Assembly: GCA_964016885.1 (NCBI GenBank)
Contig: OZ024742.1
Location: forward strand, 232,376,001 to 232,440,000
Reading direction: 5' to 3'
DNA from: Eledone cirrhosa
Taxonomy: Eukaryota
Length of the DNA stretch: 64,000 nucleotides
Positions 13,161-27,196 of this stretch are shown here, piece after piece. A program made the translations under genes and the position numbers. Within the stretch, counting starts at the first letter, position 1; each line of letters opens with the position of its first letter. The notes below the pieces were generated by a model. That model ran no database searches and was not told the origin of the DNA. It saw only the letters and a program-made list of their open reading frames with translations.

Positions 13161-14759
13161 AAGCAAGATTGCGTGACTAAGTTTAGTGTATTGCATTCCA
13201 TTTAGTATCTAGCATGTTTTTGAATACCTAGAGATTTAGGTAGACAAAGGATGTTATATGGCTTTTTCTTTTAGTTCTATTTAAAGATGTGTAAAAACCA
13301 AGGTCTCACAGAGATAACAACAATAAAGTTACATATATCAAAGTATCTTTAATCTATGTCCCACCAGGAATAATAGCTTCAGTTTAGTTTAAATGGCATA
13401 TGTTTTTACAAAGTTTGTGGATGCAGGTTAAGAATAGCCAGTGAAATATTACAATTTGTGTTTAGACTGTAATTCATGCATATGAAATTGTTTTGGATAA
13501 TAATACATGCATAACAAGTTCCTATAATAGTTAAAAATTTGATAGATAAATATGTTTGAGGAAAATATGTGTGGTAGTGTTTGTATATGTTAATTGAAAT
13601 ATTCATGTATTAGTAAATAGTGTTATTAACATATGGCATAAAGACATAATGCTATTTTTGTGACCCACTTAGTTACAACATGCCTTTACAGACACAGCTA
13701 CTAAATAAGTGACCTGTAACCTTGCAGAGAAGACAATAGATAAGTTCTCCTGATGGTAGGATTTACTGCACCAGTCCTAAGAAGGAGAGCATATATTTGG
13801 ACCATTTGTTAGCTATCAAAAATAACTAACTGTCATTATATATAGGCTGTCCCTGTGGTCCTAACACTCAGTCCACTGTCGGTTTGCTTGTACAACACAA
13901 CCTCACCATTTAAGAGTTTACTACTACCTCTGCTGGTACATACTGTCTGACTACAACTTGTCACTTTTTAAGGGAACATCCCATGGTAAATAAAGAGACT
14001 CTCACACAACACAGAAGCCTTATCAAACACTATTTTCATTTGTGAACACTATAATCAAACTTTATATTTACGATTGAAAGTAATCATATTTTTTTCCTTT
14101 TTGCTGAAGTGAAGTAAAGATATTTATTCAACCAGAATTGTTGATATTTGTTTGTGTTTGTCATTACTTCTACAACAACCAAAACTTTGCTTCAAGACTA
14201 ACTGAAAGAGAATAGAAATACCATTGGTTCTGTCTGAAAAGAAACAAGGATGGTAAGCTGCTTGAACTCCTAGGTCCAAGTGAATGAGCTAAGAGAGAAA
14301 ATATTTGGAACTCCTATTTATATAGCCAAAATGGTTGACAATTTACTGGACTATTGATTCAAATAAAACCTGTGGTTAAACAGTGAAATACTAAAATATC
14401 ACCTGAAGGATCTGAATGGGGTCCCTACAGAAGTATATTTATGTTTAAAACATTTAAATTTAGAAAAAAAAAAAAAAAAAAAGTGATTTACAAAGTCACA
14501 GCAATGTGGTTGGGGGAAAATTAAATATCAATGTTGTTGATGTTGTTTAGCATTGGGTTAGACTTGATTGAGCAGATCTATGACCAAAAACATTTCAGCT
14601 ATGATTATCCTGTTCTGTTAGGCATTGGGTATTTATGATCACCTTAGCCCCTATTTTCAAGATAGTAAAGGTGTAATTTGGGTGAGATTTATACATGATC
14701 ATGTACATAGTTACTTTTTAATTAAATACAATCCAAAATATCCCATGTATTCCTATTAA

Positions 14760-14969
14760 CCCTTTAGCATTTACATTACTCTCTATATATACTATTATAT
14801 TTTCATAGTAAAGGCTTTATCTCACATAATATGGAATCTATGAGATTTTGATATTATTTATTTTGAGAACAATACCTTAACATTAGTATTAGTGGCCGGT
14901 TATAGCCGCTTTGAACAGAAAGAGGTGAGATAATTCTAGCTGGATATGGCTGGTTTAAATGCTAAAGGG
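14760..14969. mobile_element. piggyBac-type MITE (TTAA TSD)
   Basis: ttaa|ccctttagcattta ... taaatgctaaaggg|ttaa. Confidence 0.8.
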
Positions 14970-15292
14970 TTAAAGATGCAACATCGATTTTCTGGCACGC
15001 CTTGTAGCAGACCCATGCAGGATTATGTTTTGTCAGGCTATATAATAATTTACTAGAACAATATTTCAAAGTTGGAAACATTTTCCCTACGCCATCACTA
15101 TAATAATATGATGGTGCAAATATTGAAAATTAAATCTTATGCCACCCAATAACATCCTAACGTGAATTTACTAGTCTGATGGGTTGCATGACTATATTCT
15201 ATGGGACCCATAATTATATCTAAATTAAAAAAAGATACTGGACCATCAGTTGTTGGAAAAGCAGTGTTGTAACAGTATTTAATTTCACTTAA

Positions 15293-15513
15293 CCCTTTAG
15301 CATTTAAACCAGCTGTATCCGGTCAGAATTCTCTCACGTCTTTCTGTTCAAACTGGCTGTAACTGGCTGCTCATACTTATGTTAAGATATTGTTCTCAAA
15401 ATAAATAATATCAAAATCTCGTAGAATCGATATTGTGTGGGATGATTATGTGAGATAAAGTATTTATTGTGAAAATACAATAGTAAATATAGAGTAATGT
15501 AAATGCTAAAGGG
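15293..15513. mobile_element. piggyBac-type MITE, opposite orientation to 14760-14969
   Basis: Same TIRs; internal sequence is the reverse complement of the neighbouring copy. Confidence 0.78.
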
Positions 15514-15686
15514 TTATAAGCCCTTCACTCTATTTACTCTCTTAATATTTGTAAACAAGACTGTTTTGGCATCGATGTGTCTCATGGGTACAAAACTAAT
15601 TAGAGGTATTTTAATTACATTACATTTCAAAAGAACAGGAAAAGAAAAAATGGTGATAATTGCTAGATAGAAATATTTGACACAAA

Positions 15687-16658
15687 TCTATAATATATAA
15701 TATTATTTGTCTCTCTGTCTGCCTGCCTGTCTGTCTGTTCCTGTGCATTCTCTAACGGCTGGATCAAATCAAATTTTACTAGGTAATATTATTATATATC
15801 CCCCCCCCCCCCTCGGAGTGTCAACATGTAATTTTTATTTTCCTTTGGATTAAAACAATATAAGAGTTTATCAAAAATAATATTTTTACAGTCAACTATA
15901 GTAAACCACAACCACAACGACAACTCACATTTTATATGTGTGTGCGTGTGTGTGTTTGTGCATTCATTATGTATGTTAGGCCTCGGAGAATTAAACACAC
16001 ACATACATGCACGTAATGTGTGAGTGTATGTGAGAGTGTAGATGGAGCATTTTGTATGTGTATGCGTCTGTCTTAGTATATGTATGTGAATGTAAGAGTG
16101 TATGTGCGTGTGAGTGTATGTGTTGACTGACATAACGATATTTTCTTTAGTCAACTATAGTAAATCCCCCACCCACCATGATGTCACATTTTGTATATGA
16201 GTGTGCACACAGACAATTAAACACACGCACACACATCTACACATACAGATACATATCTGAAGACAGACAGGTGTGCGTGAATGTATGTCTATGTGTGAGT
16301 ATATGTGAGAGTGTATGTGTGATCATTTTTATTTTTGTTTGGATTAAAACACTAGGCCGGCACATTTTGTATATGAATATGTATGTGTCTGCGAGTGTGT
16401 GTTTGTGCGTTCATTAGGTGTTATTAAATACAACAGACATCTACACATACATGAATTACACAATGAATATTGTTTACCCTAAGGTGCTTCAAGATTGACA
16501 GATTTTCATTTCTAAATTCTATTATCATTACAACTTTGATATATTTTATAAAATATTTTGAAATAATTATGAGAAAAAAAAACATATCTTCATATTTATT
16601 GTTTACTAATCTAAATAAGAACAGCAGTAACACGGGCAACGCCGGGTAATTTAGCTAG
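15687..16658 (+). mobile_element. Non-autonomous Helitron
   Basis: Inserted between A and T; 5' TCTATAATATATAA...(ctgt)n; 3' GC-rich hairpin-like cgggcaacgccggg followed by CTAG. Confidence 0.75.
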
Positions 16659-18109
16659 TATTTGATAAAAATGAATATGGTTCTTTATTCATTTTAGATT
16701 AGGTAGAGTGGAAGATAAATTTAAATTAACATATCATTAGCACTCCCCACCATCTATCCTCACCACTACTGCACCCACCACCCATGCCTTCTTCAGAACC
16801 ACTCCTTAATTACTATACCCCACCATTAAATAGATATCCTCACCATTGCACCCTAGTAGCTACTCTTTCTACCCTTTGTTCAACCCCCACTACCACCCCT
16901 TACTCCCGCACTAACCCCTTTCCTAACTTTCCATTATGATCCCCCTCTCTATTGAGTATGTCCCCCACACTACTATATCCCCTCTCCCCATATACTAACC
17001 AGCTACACCTATGCCTTGCCCCCTACCATCCTCCCAAACACCTATAACTTAATATCTATTTCCCTCCCCTATTGCCCCCTATAGTTGGGTCTAAGACCAA
17101 CAACCTCTCTAGTGATGGTGTCATGAAAATACACCTGGTACACTTCATATGGGTGGTTGGCGACAGCAAGGGCACCTCGTTGTAGAAACCATGCCTAAAA
17201 GGGTTGGGAGGATCCTTTAGTTATCTCAAGGACATGGCACACTCCCTAGTGCTGGTGAGCTACACAATAAAAGCACCCAGTACATGCTGTAAAGTTGTTG
17301 GTGTTAGGAAGGGCATCCAGCTGTAGAAAGCTTGCCAAACAAGGGGTTAGGAGAATCCTTCAGTTTGTGTTAACAGACATGGCAACTTTTCCTCTGCACT
17401 TGATAATAACCATATGTAAGCAGGATACAGACCTCCTTGGCCTGTCTGGGAAGTCTAAGGCCCCGCTTCAGTACTGATTTGGTCTATGTAGACCCGTCCA
17501 ATCCTTGCTTTCAGGGAAATCAAAGGTTAAATGATGATGATGATGATACAGATTTTTAGATTCTTTACAACAATTACAATGTATCTTCTGCTGACAACGG
17601 TTAGCAGGCCATTTTTCAATAGTGTGGAATTACATAGAGAAGATTTTTGTTCCAGCCATTCTGTGTCTCATGCAAAAAGAGACGCTTTGCTCCCATTCGT
17701 TCTTCTATATTTGCATTTCCTGAATAGAGTTTCATGGCCTCAAGTTACAGCCTGTTGTACTTTTTGTGAAGAATTTCAGTGATTTTTGATTAGGATTTTT
17801 GTAGCATTATAAGTTTGTTTCTTATTGGTTATATAGTTTCTTTGGAAAGGAGAGAAGTCTTGCTAGAAATTTATTCTTCCATTAATTACTGCATATACTT
17901 GTGTATATGAGGCAAAGTCATTAGAACCTCAGATAAAATACTTTGCAGTATTTGTTTGGGCTTTCTGCGCTCTGAATTCAAATTCTGCTACAGTCAACTT
18001 TACCTTCCATCCATTTGAGGTCGATAAAAAAAAGTACCAGTTCAATAATGGGGTCGGTTCTTCCTCTATATCTCTTTCTTACATCCTTTCTGCCACTTTT
18101 TCTCTCCTC

Positions 18110-19400
18110 TTTTCATATAACCGGCCTTTCGTATCAGGGAGAAACTCTTCTTCATCAGCAGAGGAAGCAGCTCCATAAACTTCTTCCAACCTGTCCTTAT
18201 TCTAGATACTATGGCCTCGGACCCTCCCCCCTCCCCTCCCATGCTAATCTGATCTCCTAGGGACCGGAAGCTATCCACCACTTCTATAGCACCCACCTGC
18301 ATTTGAAAAATGTGTCTATCAATGCGACTTCTACTGTCTAATTTCCCTGTACATCTACTGCATACATATTTCTCCCTACCTGTTAGTTTGCCTGCTATCC
18401 CACTACCTTTTTTGTGTACCCAAGATCTGCATTGTGTACATTTTATAGAATTTATGCCAGTTCCTTTTCTACATATCGAGCATGGCCATTTCCCTGACGG
18501 GATCAGAGTTTTGTCCTCTTTTCTACTCATTAACACTTTTGTCTTAGCTAGGTTCACTCTCAGTCCTCTTGATTCCAACTGCTGTTTCCATAGCCAGAAT
18601 TTATTCTCTAGCTCCTCTAATGATTCTGCTATAAGAACCAGATCGTCAGCATAGAGAAGTTCTCATGGACAGCCAGTCTTAAACTCCTCTGTTATGGCTT
18701 GGAGGACTATAATGAACAAGAGTGGGCTGAGGATCAAACCCTGATGTACTCCTACTTGTATCTGGAATTCCTCACTAACTCCATTCCTACCCTCACTTTA
18801 CTGACAGCACTTCTGTACAAAGCTTGCACTGTCCTCAAAAGCCATTCCTCAACACCTAGTTTCCTTAGGGACCACCAGATGACAGATCGGGGTACCCTAT
18901 CAAAGGCCTTCTCTAGGTTAACAAAAGCTAAGTATAGTGGCTTATTCTTCTCTAAGAACCTCTCTTGTAATTGTCTCACTAAGAAGAGGACATCTGTTGT
19001 ACTTTTCCCAGGCACAAAACCAAACTGCATCTCATCTAATTTGACCCTTTCTCTAATTAGTTGCGCTAATATCCTTTCTGTCACTTTCATAACCTGATCC
19101 ATCAGTTTTATGCCTCTATAATTGCTCCTCTCCAGAGCACCCCCTTTACCTTTGTAGCAATTTATGAGCATACTGCTGCACCAGTCTTTGGGTTTGACAC
19201 CGCCTATATATGGCCTGATAGATGATGCGTGCAACCAGTTTAGTGCCTACGTCCCCTGATGCTTTCAGCATCTCAGCAACTATCCCCAACGGTCCAGCAG
19301 CCTTACCATTCTTCATTTCTTTAATTGCCTCTTGTACCTATATTCGTCAATCTCAATAGCTGGTCCCTCTGTCGGGTCTACTGGGGGTAATTTCTCTCTC
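18110..19400 (-). mobile_element. RTE-clade LINE fragment (RT domain with Cys-rich PHD-like insert), frameshifted
   Basis: ORFs 18752..19234 (NYRGIKL, QFGFVPGKSTTD, LEKAFDRVPR) and 18066..18578; LLYADDLVL is encoded at about 18635-18662. Confidence 0.9.
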
Positions 19401-19454
19401 CCATCCCACCCTTGCATGCAGGGAAAGGCGGATGTAAAATGATGATGATGATGA

Positions 19455-19495
<41 letters not shown>

Positions 19496-19496
<1 letters not shown>

Positions 19497-21266
19497 GTGG
19501 AAAAGTAAGAAACCGGAGAACAGACCGTTAATACATGTTTATTTAAAACAACATCTACGTACGTTTCGCCCGGTTGGGCTTCTCAAGGGCATAAATAACC
19601 AAAAGTGTTCCTTACATGGCTCGGAAAGTGTTTTTGGGAGTAAGTTCACGTCATAGTTCATTCTTCGCAAAAAAAGCGTGTTTTGATTTTGCAGTAGGTC
19701 AAGGGAGGTAACTCTGGCTGGTGTTAGGGCAGTCTTTCCCGGACAAATTTTTTATCCGTTACAAGATGTTGTTACAACCTTACCATTGTCGATACGCACA
19801 GGGTCAGATAATCAACGTTTATTTTTCTGCACCTGCCTGCCTGGGTCATTTGAAGCTGGGTCTGGGATGCAGGGTTAGTTTCCTGGATGTTTTTTGCAGC
19901 GCTGCCGCCGGGGTGTTAAAGCTTGTTGCAAGGAGACCCGGTACACGGTTTCACTCATCCTTATCCCATCTGAAGAAGGATATTTTTAAGCGATGTGTAC
20001 AGCTTACCGTCGTTTCAGCTCTGCTGTTGATGAGCTCGTGGGGTGCAGTTATGATGTGGTAGAGCTGCATGAGGCAAAGATCGCACTTCCTCTTGAAGTT
20101 GTACAGTGCAGCCCTGCCGACAATATCCCAGTGCGTGGAGCAGCTGATGTTTAAGTCTTTTAATGATGTGATGTAGTCCACAAGCGAAGTGGAGTGTCTT
20201 AATTTCTTATTTGTGAAAGAGTGGAGATGTGTTCGAAATCTAATTTTGAACGGGCCAGAGGTAGCCCCTATATAATGTTTAACGCCATTGTGGCTAGTTG
20301 CAGTGCACCTATCAGTCAAGCAGTATCCTCTAAGGGGGCAGCGTTGTTATCTACGCTCCTGCACCTGTCGTTAGCACCATTATAACCCACTGCGCGCGGG
20401 GTGGTACGATTATTATTCCACACGTCATGTCCTGCATGTTCCCCAGTCATGTCGCGGTTATGTTGGTTGCATCTGTAGAGGCTGTTGCCAGCACTATTGG
20501 ATGCTGCAAGGGAGTCGTTAAGGCCGATATAGTTATTGTCGGATGTAGGTGCGTCTGTGCTAAGGTGCTGTGTCTTGGTGATCTTACTGTGGTTCGTTGT
20601 TCCTATGATGCCTGCTAGGTTAGGAGTAGTAGAGAAGGATATTTTTATATTGTTCCTATTAAGGATTTTTCTATACCTATGGTTGGGCGGGAAGTTCTTC
20701 TCTAAGGCTTCGAAGAATATCCGGGGTATGTTGGAGGCCACACTCCGAGAGTAGGGGGGTGGAACCATAGGACGTTATGGTGGCGATTACGGGTGGTTCC
20801 ATCAGGGTGACCTTTTTTATGCATGTTAATGCGCTGTAGCCCGTTACGTGCCCATTTCACTTTATGCTCAGGGGCACTCTTCTTCCTTCTTCCATGTTTA
20901 TGTACAGGAAAATGTTGGTTGGAAGGCGTTGGTAGTAGGCCATCACTTTTGTTGATTTTATAGTAGGGGAATAATTCGAGTAGGCTACAGTGGTCACTGT
21001 CACCGGGGTCATGATCTTTATTGTGTGGTAAATTAAACCTATACCATCGCCAGTGTAATTTACGTTGCGGGTGTGTTCCTTCGTGCAATTATCTATACTA
21101 TTATATCCGACTCCTATGAAGTTGCCACGTGATCGGTTATAGGTATGGCTTACTATAACGTTCGTCTTATGAGGGGGATGGTTTCTAGAGCTAGCATTAG
21201 GGATGTAGGAAATTCCTCGGTTAAAGCCACCGCTTAGCAAGGCCCTATTGTAGTAATCTGCCGCTT
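19496..21266 (-). mobile_element. Penelope-like retroelement, 5'-truncated (RT C-terminus, linker, GIY-YIG endonuclease, 3' pLTR)
   Basis: PPYSRSVASNIPRIFFEALEKNFPPNHRYRKILNRNNIKISFS linker; YIGATSGPFKIRFRTHLHSF GIY-YIG; flanked on both sides by (TA)n. Confidence 0.88.
19551..19592 (-). ncRNA. Hammerhead-like motif (U3-A8 variant) in Penelope 3' pLTR
   Basis: augccc-UUGAGAA-gcccaaccgggc-GAAAC-guac-GUA-gaugu, followed by AAUAAA. Confidence 0.6.
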
Positions 21267-21480
21267 ATATATATATATATATATATATAGTAATAATAAT
21301 AAATTTGAAGACTAAAATCCAAAGAGGGCTCGCTAAAGATAAATATATATCAAATATATAAGAACCATAGAGCAAATATTTATTAAAATAACAGATTAAA
21401 GTTTAAGCAAAGAATCGCTGCTTTCACCCTTAACGGGATCTTCTGAAACTCTTGAGTTTCACACATATATATATATATAT

Positions 21481-22206
21481 ATAAACATGAGAAGAAAGAA
21501 TACTGTGTGGTTGCACATGGGTTACATATGATAAAAATAGTCCTTCATCAGTGATTTTCCAACCTTCATTGGTATTTTATCGCTTTAAAAATCATATACC
21601 TCCAGTTGGTGCGAACAATAGCTAAATAAAGCTATTGGGACAAGTAAATCGCGTAAAGCGAGCGAGACAAGTAAACAAACATAGAAGGATAGCAACGCAA
21701 AGATAGGAAAAAACAAGCACATGGGAGTCCGATCAGCTTTAGCTGTGTGGATTTCATGGGCGAGAGACTACAGACCGTCCGACGTGAGTGAGGTGTGAGC
21801 AGGAAAAGACCCACTACAGGCCAAATGGGAGGAAGTGAGAAGGGGAGAGGCAGAGAGTGAGTGAGTGGAAGTGCGAGGAAGAGGCTAGTCGAGAGAAAGT
21901 GTAACTGACAGAGGGAGCGAAAGAAGGTGAGAGAAACAGAGAGAGCGGGGAAGCAGTATGAGAGAAACAGACAAACGCAGCTGGGGAAAATATATATAAA
22001 AACATGAGAAGAAAGAATACTGCGTGGTTGCATATGGGTTACATATGATAAAAATAGTCCTTCATCAGTGATTTTCCAACCTTCATTAGTATTTCATCGC
22101 TTTAAAAATCATATACCTCCAGTTGGTGCGAGCAATAGCTAAATAAAGCTATTGGGACAAGTAAATCGCGTAAAGCGAACGAGACAAGTAAACAAACATA
22201 GAAGGA
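21481..22206 (-). mobile_element. (TA)n-flanked element with about 220-bp direct repeats (pLTR-like)
   Basis: 21481-21705 is repeated at about 21998-22206; contains CTGATGAAGGAC on the minus strand. Confidence 0.55.
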
Positions 22207-22227
22207 TTTTCGAGACAATATAATAAT

Positions 22228-22258
<31 letters not shown>

Positions 22259-22827
22259 GTAAAGGCGCACGGCTGAGAGGTTAGAGAATTGGATTCAGAA
22301 TTGTGAGGTTGTGAGTTTGATTCCTGGACTGGGCGATGCATTGTGTCCTTGAGGAAGACACTTTATTTCACGTTGCTCCTTCTACCTGGAATTGTGACCG
22401 ATAGATAGAATTAGCAATTGGAAAGACCAACGGAAACATTGTGTCCTCGGTCCAGTTTGGCGAAGTCGATTGCTGTCGGTATATATATATATATATAAGT
22501 TTTGCCCACAGTTTTGCTAAGTGTACTCATAGTATGGTAGTAGAAGTGTGGTGCTGACAGTAGACAGTTGGGTTTATTTAGAGTGTCTGAATTCTTAGAT
22601 TGGTCATGCAATGATTGGTTAGTGGGAAACATTCAAAAGTACCCTTGATGCTGTCGTGGACTGTAAATAAAACATTTTCTGCCCAAATGGGACTCATACA
22701 GAATTGGTGCACACTGAGGACCATATTTTCATTTCAGTCAGATTGTATACTTTTGAATATACATATAAAATTTATCATCTAGCTGTATAAAGTTGACAAT
22801 AAGTGTAAAATAAAACCCATGTAGTAT

Positions 22828-23906
22828 ACAAGGGTTGGCTGAAAAGTTAATGGGCTGGCCAGGATACTCTCATGGAATGTGACCGAATGAGGTTTATTTT
22901 TCAACAAAGCCTCCTTGCAGTTCACACACTTCTTCCATTGGTGTTGCAGAGCTTGGATCTCATTGGTGAAGAAGTGAAGAAGCTTTCATCCTGTTGGTTA
23001 AAAAATTAATCAACAGCAGATATGACGTTACCAACACTGCGATATAGGTTCCCACCCAAGTGATTTTTCATTTTTCGGAACAGGTGATAGTCAGATAGGG
23101 CCAAATCAGAGGAATAGGGAGGGTAATTAACCAGTTCAAAGCCACAGTAATGCACTGCAGCCATTAAAACCAAGGACTTGTGTGCTGGAGCATTGTCCTC
23201 ATGAACAAAACCCTTTTCATCAGTTTTTCTGGGCATTTGGTCTTGATAGCCTTTCGTAACTGGCTCTGCAAGTTAGCATAATGCTATCCATTGGTGTGGC
23301 CCTATTGAAGATAGTCAATTTAACACAATGCCTTTTGCATCTCAAAATAAATGAAGCCCTCACCATCCCTGCATATGAAACGACTTTGGCCTTCTTTGGA
23401 GCAGGTGATGAGGGGTGTTTCCACTGCATGGATTATCTCTTTGTCTCTGGATCAAAGTGATGAACCCAACACTCATCCTGGGTTAGGAAACCAGCTGGAT
23501 CTGCTTCAAACAATGTCAGATAGATTTTCCCATGATGGATCAGCTTGGTGGACTTTTGATCAGGTGTCAAAAGACGTGGCACCCACCGAGCAAAAACCTT
23601 CATCATGTCAAGTTCATTGTGCAGAATATTCTCAACTCTCCCACGGGATATGCTAATAACATTGGCTATTTGATTTATAGTCAATCACCTGTCATCCATC
23701 ACCATGTTGTGAATACAATCAATGTTTTCCTTGGTTGGTGACAGTTGCAAGATATCCAGACCTTGGATCATCTTGAAGACTTTTCCTTCCCCTCCTAAAT
23801 TCAGCTGGCCACTTCTGCTCTGTTGATAAAGCCAGAACATCATCCCCTAATGTAGCAACCATGTCAGCAGGAATGTTCTTAAGGGCTAAGCCCTTTTTCT
23901 GCAGGT
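22828..23906 (-). mobile_element. Mariner (DD34D) transposon, decayed transposase
   Basis: ARWVPRLLT, TQDECWVHHFDPETK, HEDNAPAH and YSSDLALSDYHLF across frameshifted ORFs 23006-23684; one TIR after TA at about 22828. Confidence 0.9.
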
Positions 23907-26900
23907 ATATCTATATCTATATATGTGTGTGTGTGATGTGTGTGTGTGTGTATTCATATATATACAACACACACACACACACACACACAAATACATGCAA
24001 GTACACTGACACATAGGAGCTAGGAGTTCCATCTCTCCCAGTGGTCTTAAAATGTGCTATTTCACCATGTAAAGTATTTCTGGTTCCCTGTGAACATATT
24101 GCTTGATACTTGTTAGCACTTTACTGGCTCATCCATCTCAATTGGGTGGTTTTGTTTCATAGAACCAGAAGCAGTTTTGGGGATTTGCTATTAAAAGGGT
24201 TCAGAAGCTGCCCACAACCAACAAACATATAATATAGTGCTGTACTTGGTTTTAAGTTTCATTTGAAAAACATTATCATCATCATTTTTACATCAACCTT
24301 TCTGTGCCGACATGGATTGGACAGGACTTTTTGAAGCAATGTTTTATAGCCAGATGCCCTTTTCTAGCACCAACACTTTTAGTTGTTTATTAGAACACAC
24401 AAGAATATGGTGTGTCTATTCTAAACTGGATACACATCTTTTGCAGAATGTCCAATTGGAACTTATCTACCTCCCGATTGCCTCGAAGACTGTCCACAAA
24501 GCTGCAACCATGGGAAATGTGATGAATATACTGGAGATTGTACAGAAGGATGCTTGCCAGGATATATGGGAAAGAAGTGTGAAACAAGTAAGCTGATTCT
24601 TTTTTTTTTTAAATTTAAATCCACTGTTCTAGAATTAGTATATAATAAAGCTTGGTTATTGATCCATTGCATTTTGCATTATCTTTGATCTTATTTGAAA
24701 AAATCCTCCTCCTCCCTTTCTTCTTCTTCTTCTTCTTCTTCTTCTTCTTCTTCTTCTTCCCCCTCCTCCTCCTCCTCCTGCTTCATTTGTCTTCTGCCCT
24801 TTTCTTCTTGTTCATCTTTCTTACCAATATATTGATTTCAAGTTAAATTATCAAAATTATATTGCTACTTCTTACAAGAACCTTAAAAAAAAAATGAAAC
24901 AAAAACCACATAAGATATCAGCTGGATACTTTGTGGGGCGAGCTAATTCAACTGAATTTTCTCTTTTCTGTTAATTATGTATTGATGAATAAAACAAAAG
25001 AGGCGAAACATTTTTAAACATCTTTTCTTCTGTGAATTTATATTCTTCAAATTTATACTCTTCTATCCTAAAATTAGAAAACAAATGTTTTCACTACATC
25101 CTTTTTTTGGAATGTGACAATCAAATTGATTTTAATGTAGAATTTATTTAATTTATTTGATATTCTTCAATTCTTCTCATTTTCTTAAGGAACCTGCAGC
25201 TACAATATTACTAACCTTAATTTTGATTTTTTTTTTGTTGTTGTTGAAACCTTATACTTATTATAGTAGTGGTTCTCCTCTCTAAACTGTTACCCAGTAA
25301 ATCAATTAGCTATGCCTTAAGGTTGTAAATTCCTTCCTTCTCATATAAAGAGATGCAATAACTATTCAAATGCAATCAATATTTTATGATTATTTATGGA
25401 AAATAATTCATCATTAAAACTTTTCATTATCATCATCATTTCAACGTCCATTTTCCCATACTGACATGGGTTAAGTGAATGTGCAGTACAGTTTATTGTC
25501 AATCATTTTTGTCTTTTGTTATCTCCTAAGATCTGACCTAAATCCATCCCCTCAAGATTTGCTCTTCCTGTCTCTCAAATATCCTCCATCTACAACACAC
25601 AGCACTTTTTCACCTAACAGTCATTATTTACTTGTTGGTTATGTGTGTCTGATTTAGAATAGGCACACAGTATGCCTGAATGTCTTAAGAGGCAATTAAA
25701 AATGTTAGTGACAAAAAGGGCATCCAACTGCAAAACCTTGCCGTGTTATGGCACCTACAAAGCTATCTCATGTTTGAGTAAAGGAAATGACTTTAAAATG
25801 CTTATCTGCACCCAGATATAATCATATGCAACCTAGACACTTTACTCCAGACCTGCACTGTCTCTGTGAACAGGGGCTGCAAAAATATTGTCCAATAGAG
25901 TCATGTCAGTCTTGTCTCCTTCAACATTACAAAACATAGTGACTACACACATAAAAAAAACAATATCGTTCTCTCACTCCCTCTTTAACATGAACAGCAT
26001 GGAGCTAGAACCTTCAAAGTTGCTACAAATGCTAGATCTCAACATTAGTATCTCCAGCAAAAAACACTCTCTTAACTTAGCAAAGACTGATCATTCTCTT
26101 CTAGGCTAGAAAATATTTCAGCCCTCAACACCTTTAACACTCTACAAGGCTTAAGCAAGATTTATAATTGAGTACTGCTGGTACACATACACACATCATA
26201 ACCCACATACCCAACAAAAGGCCACTCAACTGATTAGTGTAAAATTGCTCACAAACACTCTAAACCCTCTGGCCCACAGGTACATATCTTCTCTCATCAT
26301 CATTAAAATCCATTTTCCCTGCTAGCAAGGGTTGCACATGTCATTACAGACTGGTCAGTATTCAAGTGGAGCCTCTGACTTTTAGGTGGGTTGGGATACC
26401 TGGCACATGATCCCATGCTTGACTGAGTGCATCTTATTGTGGCACCAATACTAGGGAAGTTGTCCTGTGTTTGGCATAGTTGAAAAGTTTTCCCAACCCT
26501 TTGGTTGACAGGTTTTCTACAGCTGGATGTTCTTTCTATCACCAACCTCTTTACAGAGTGCTTGTTTATTAAGTAATTCACCAACACTAGGTGAGGGGTG
26601 TTGTCATATCTATGGTGCAGGTGAAGAGTTCCCCTGACCTTTTCATGAATTTTCTACAGCTGGATGCCCTTTTTTCTGTCTTTTTTAGCATTGCTATAGT
26701 GGCTTCTAATCTGGAAAGCTGGTCTTGTGCCATCTTCATTCAAGCACTCCCAACCCACTTGTCCCATTTTCTCACTCCACCCAGCTCTCCTGTATGTTAT
26801 AAATATGTGTCTCACCCCACCCTTTTCATAACAAGCATTATTTGATGGTTTCTGTTAACAAAACAATCTTTTAACTTTCATACCCTCCTTCTCGTACATG

Positions 26901-27058
26901 TTATTTGCATAGAAAAGACTGATCTTTCTCCTGATTAACCTAAATTTACACACCATTAATCTATATCTACATGTTGCATTCCTCACCACACACCAGCAAA
27001 AAAACGTATAAAGATATAATTTAGAATGTTCTTATTTATTCACTGTTTTTATTTTTAG

Positions 27059-27196
27059 CATGTCCCAAAGGAAAATATGGTAAAGGCTGCACAAAAACAT
27101 GTAGTCCCATGTGTGTAGAATCTGGTTGTTTTGAAAATAATGGTACCTGTCTGTTTGGATGTAAACCAGGATTCCGTGGAAAGAAATGTAATGAAG
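27059..27196 (+). CDS. Exon: EGF/laminin-EGF repeat 1
   Basis: ttttag|ca...gaag|gtaag; 138 bp, phase 1-1; CPKGKYGKGCTKTCSPMCVESGCFENNGTCLFGCKPGFRGKKCNE. Confidence 0.9.

Noticed and set aside
14230-14258. ATG followed by a donor-like gtaag as a first coding exon
   Set aside because: The context resembles a dispersed repeat motif (compare about 1890-1912) and there is no independent support.
25190-25285. Possible signal-peptide exon (EPAATILLTLILIFFLLLLKPY) after an AG
   Set aside because: The hydrophobicity comes from a T-run and (ttg)n, and there is no convincing phase-1 donor before the in-frame stop.
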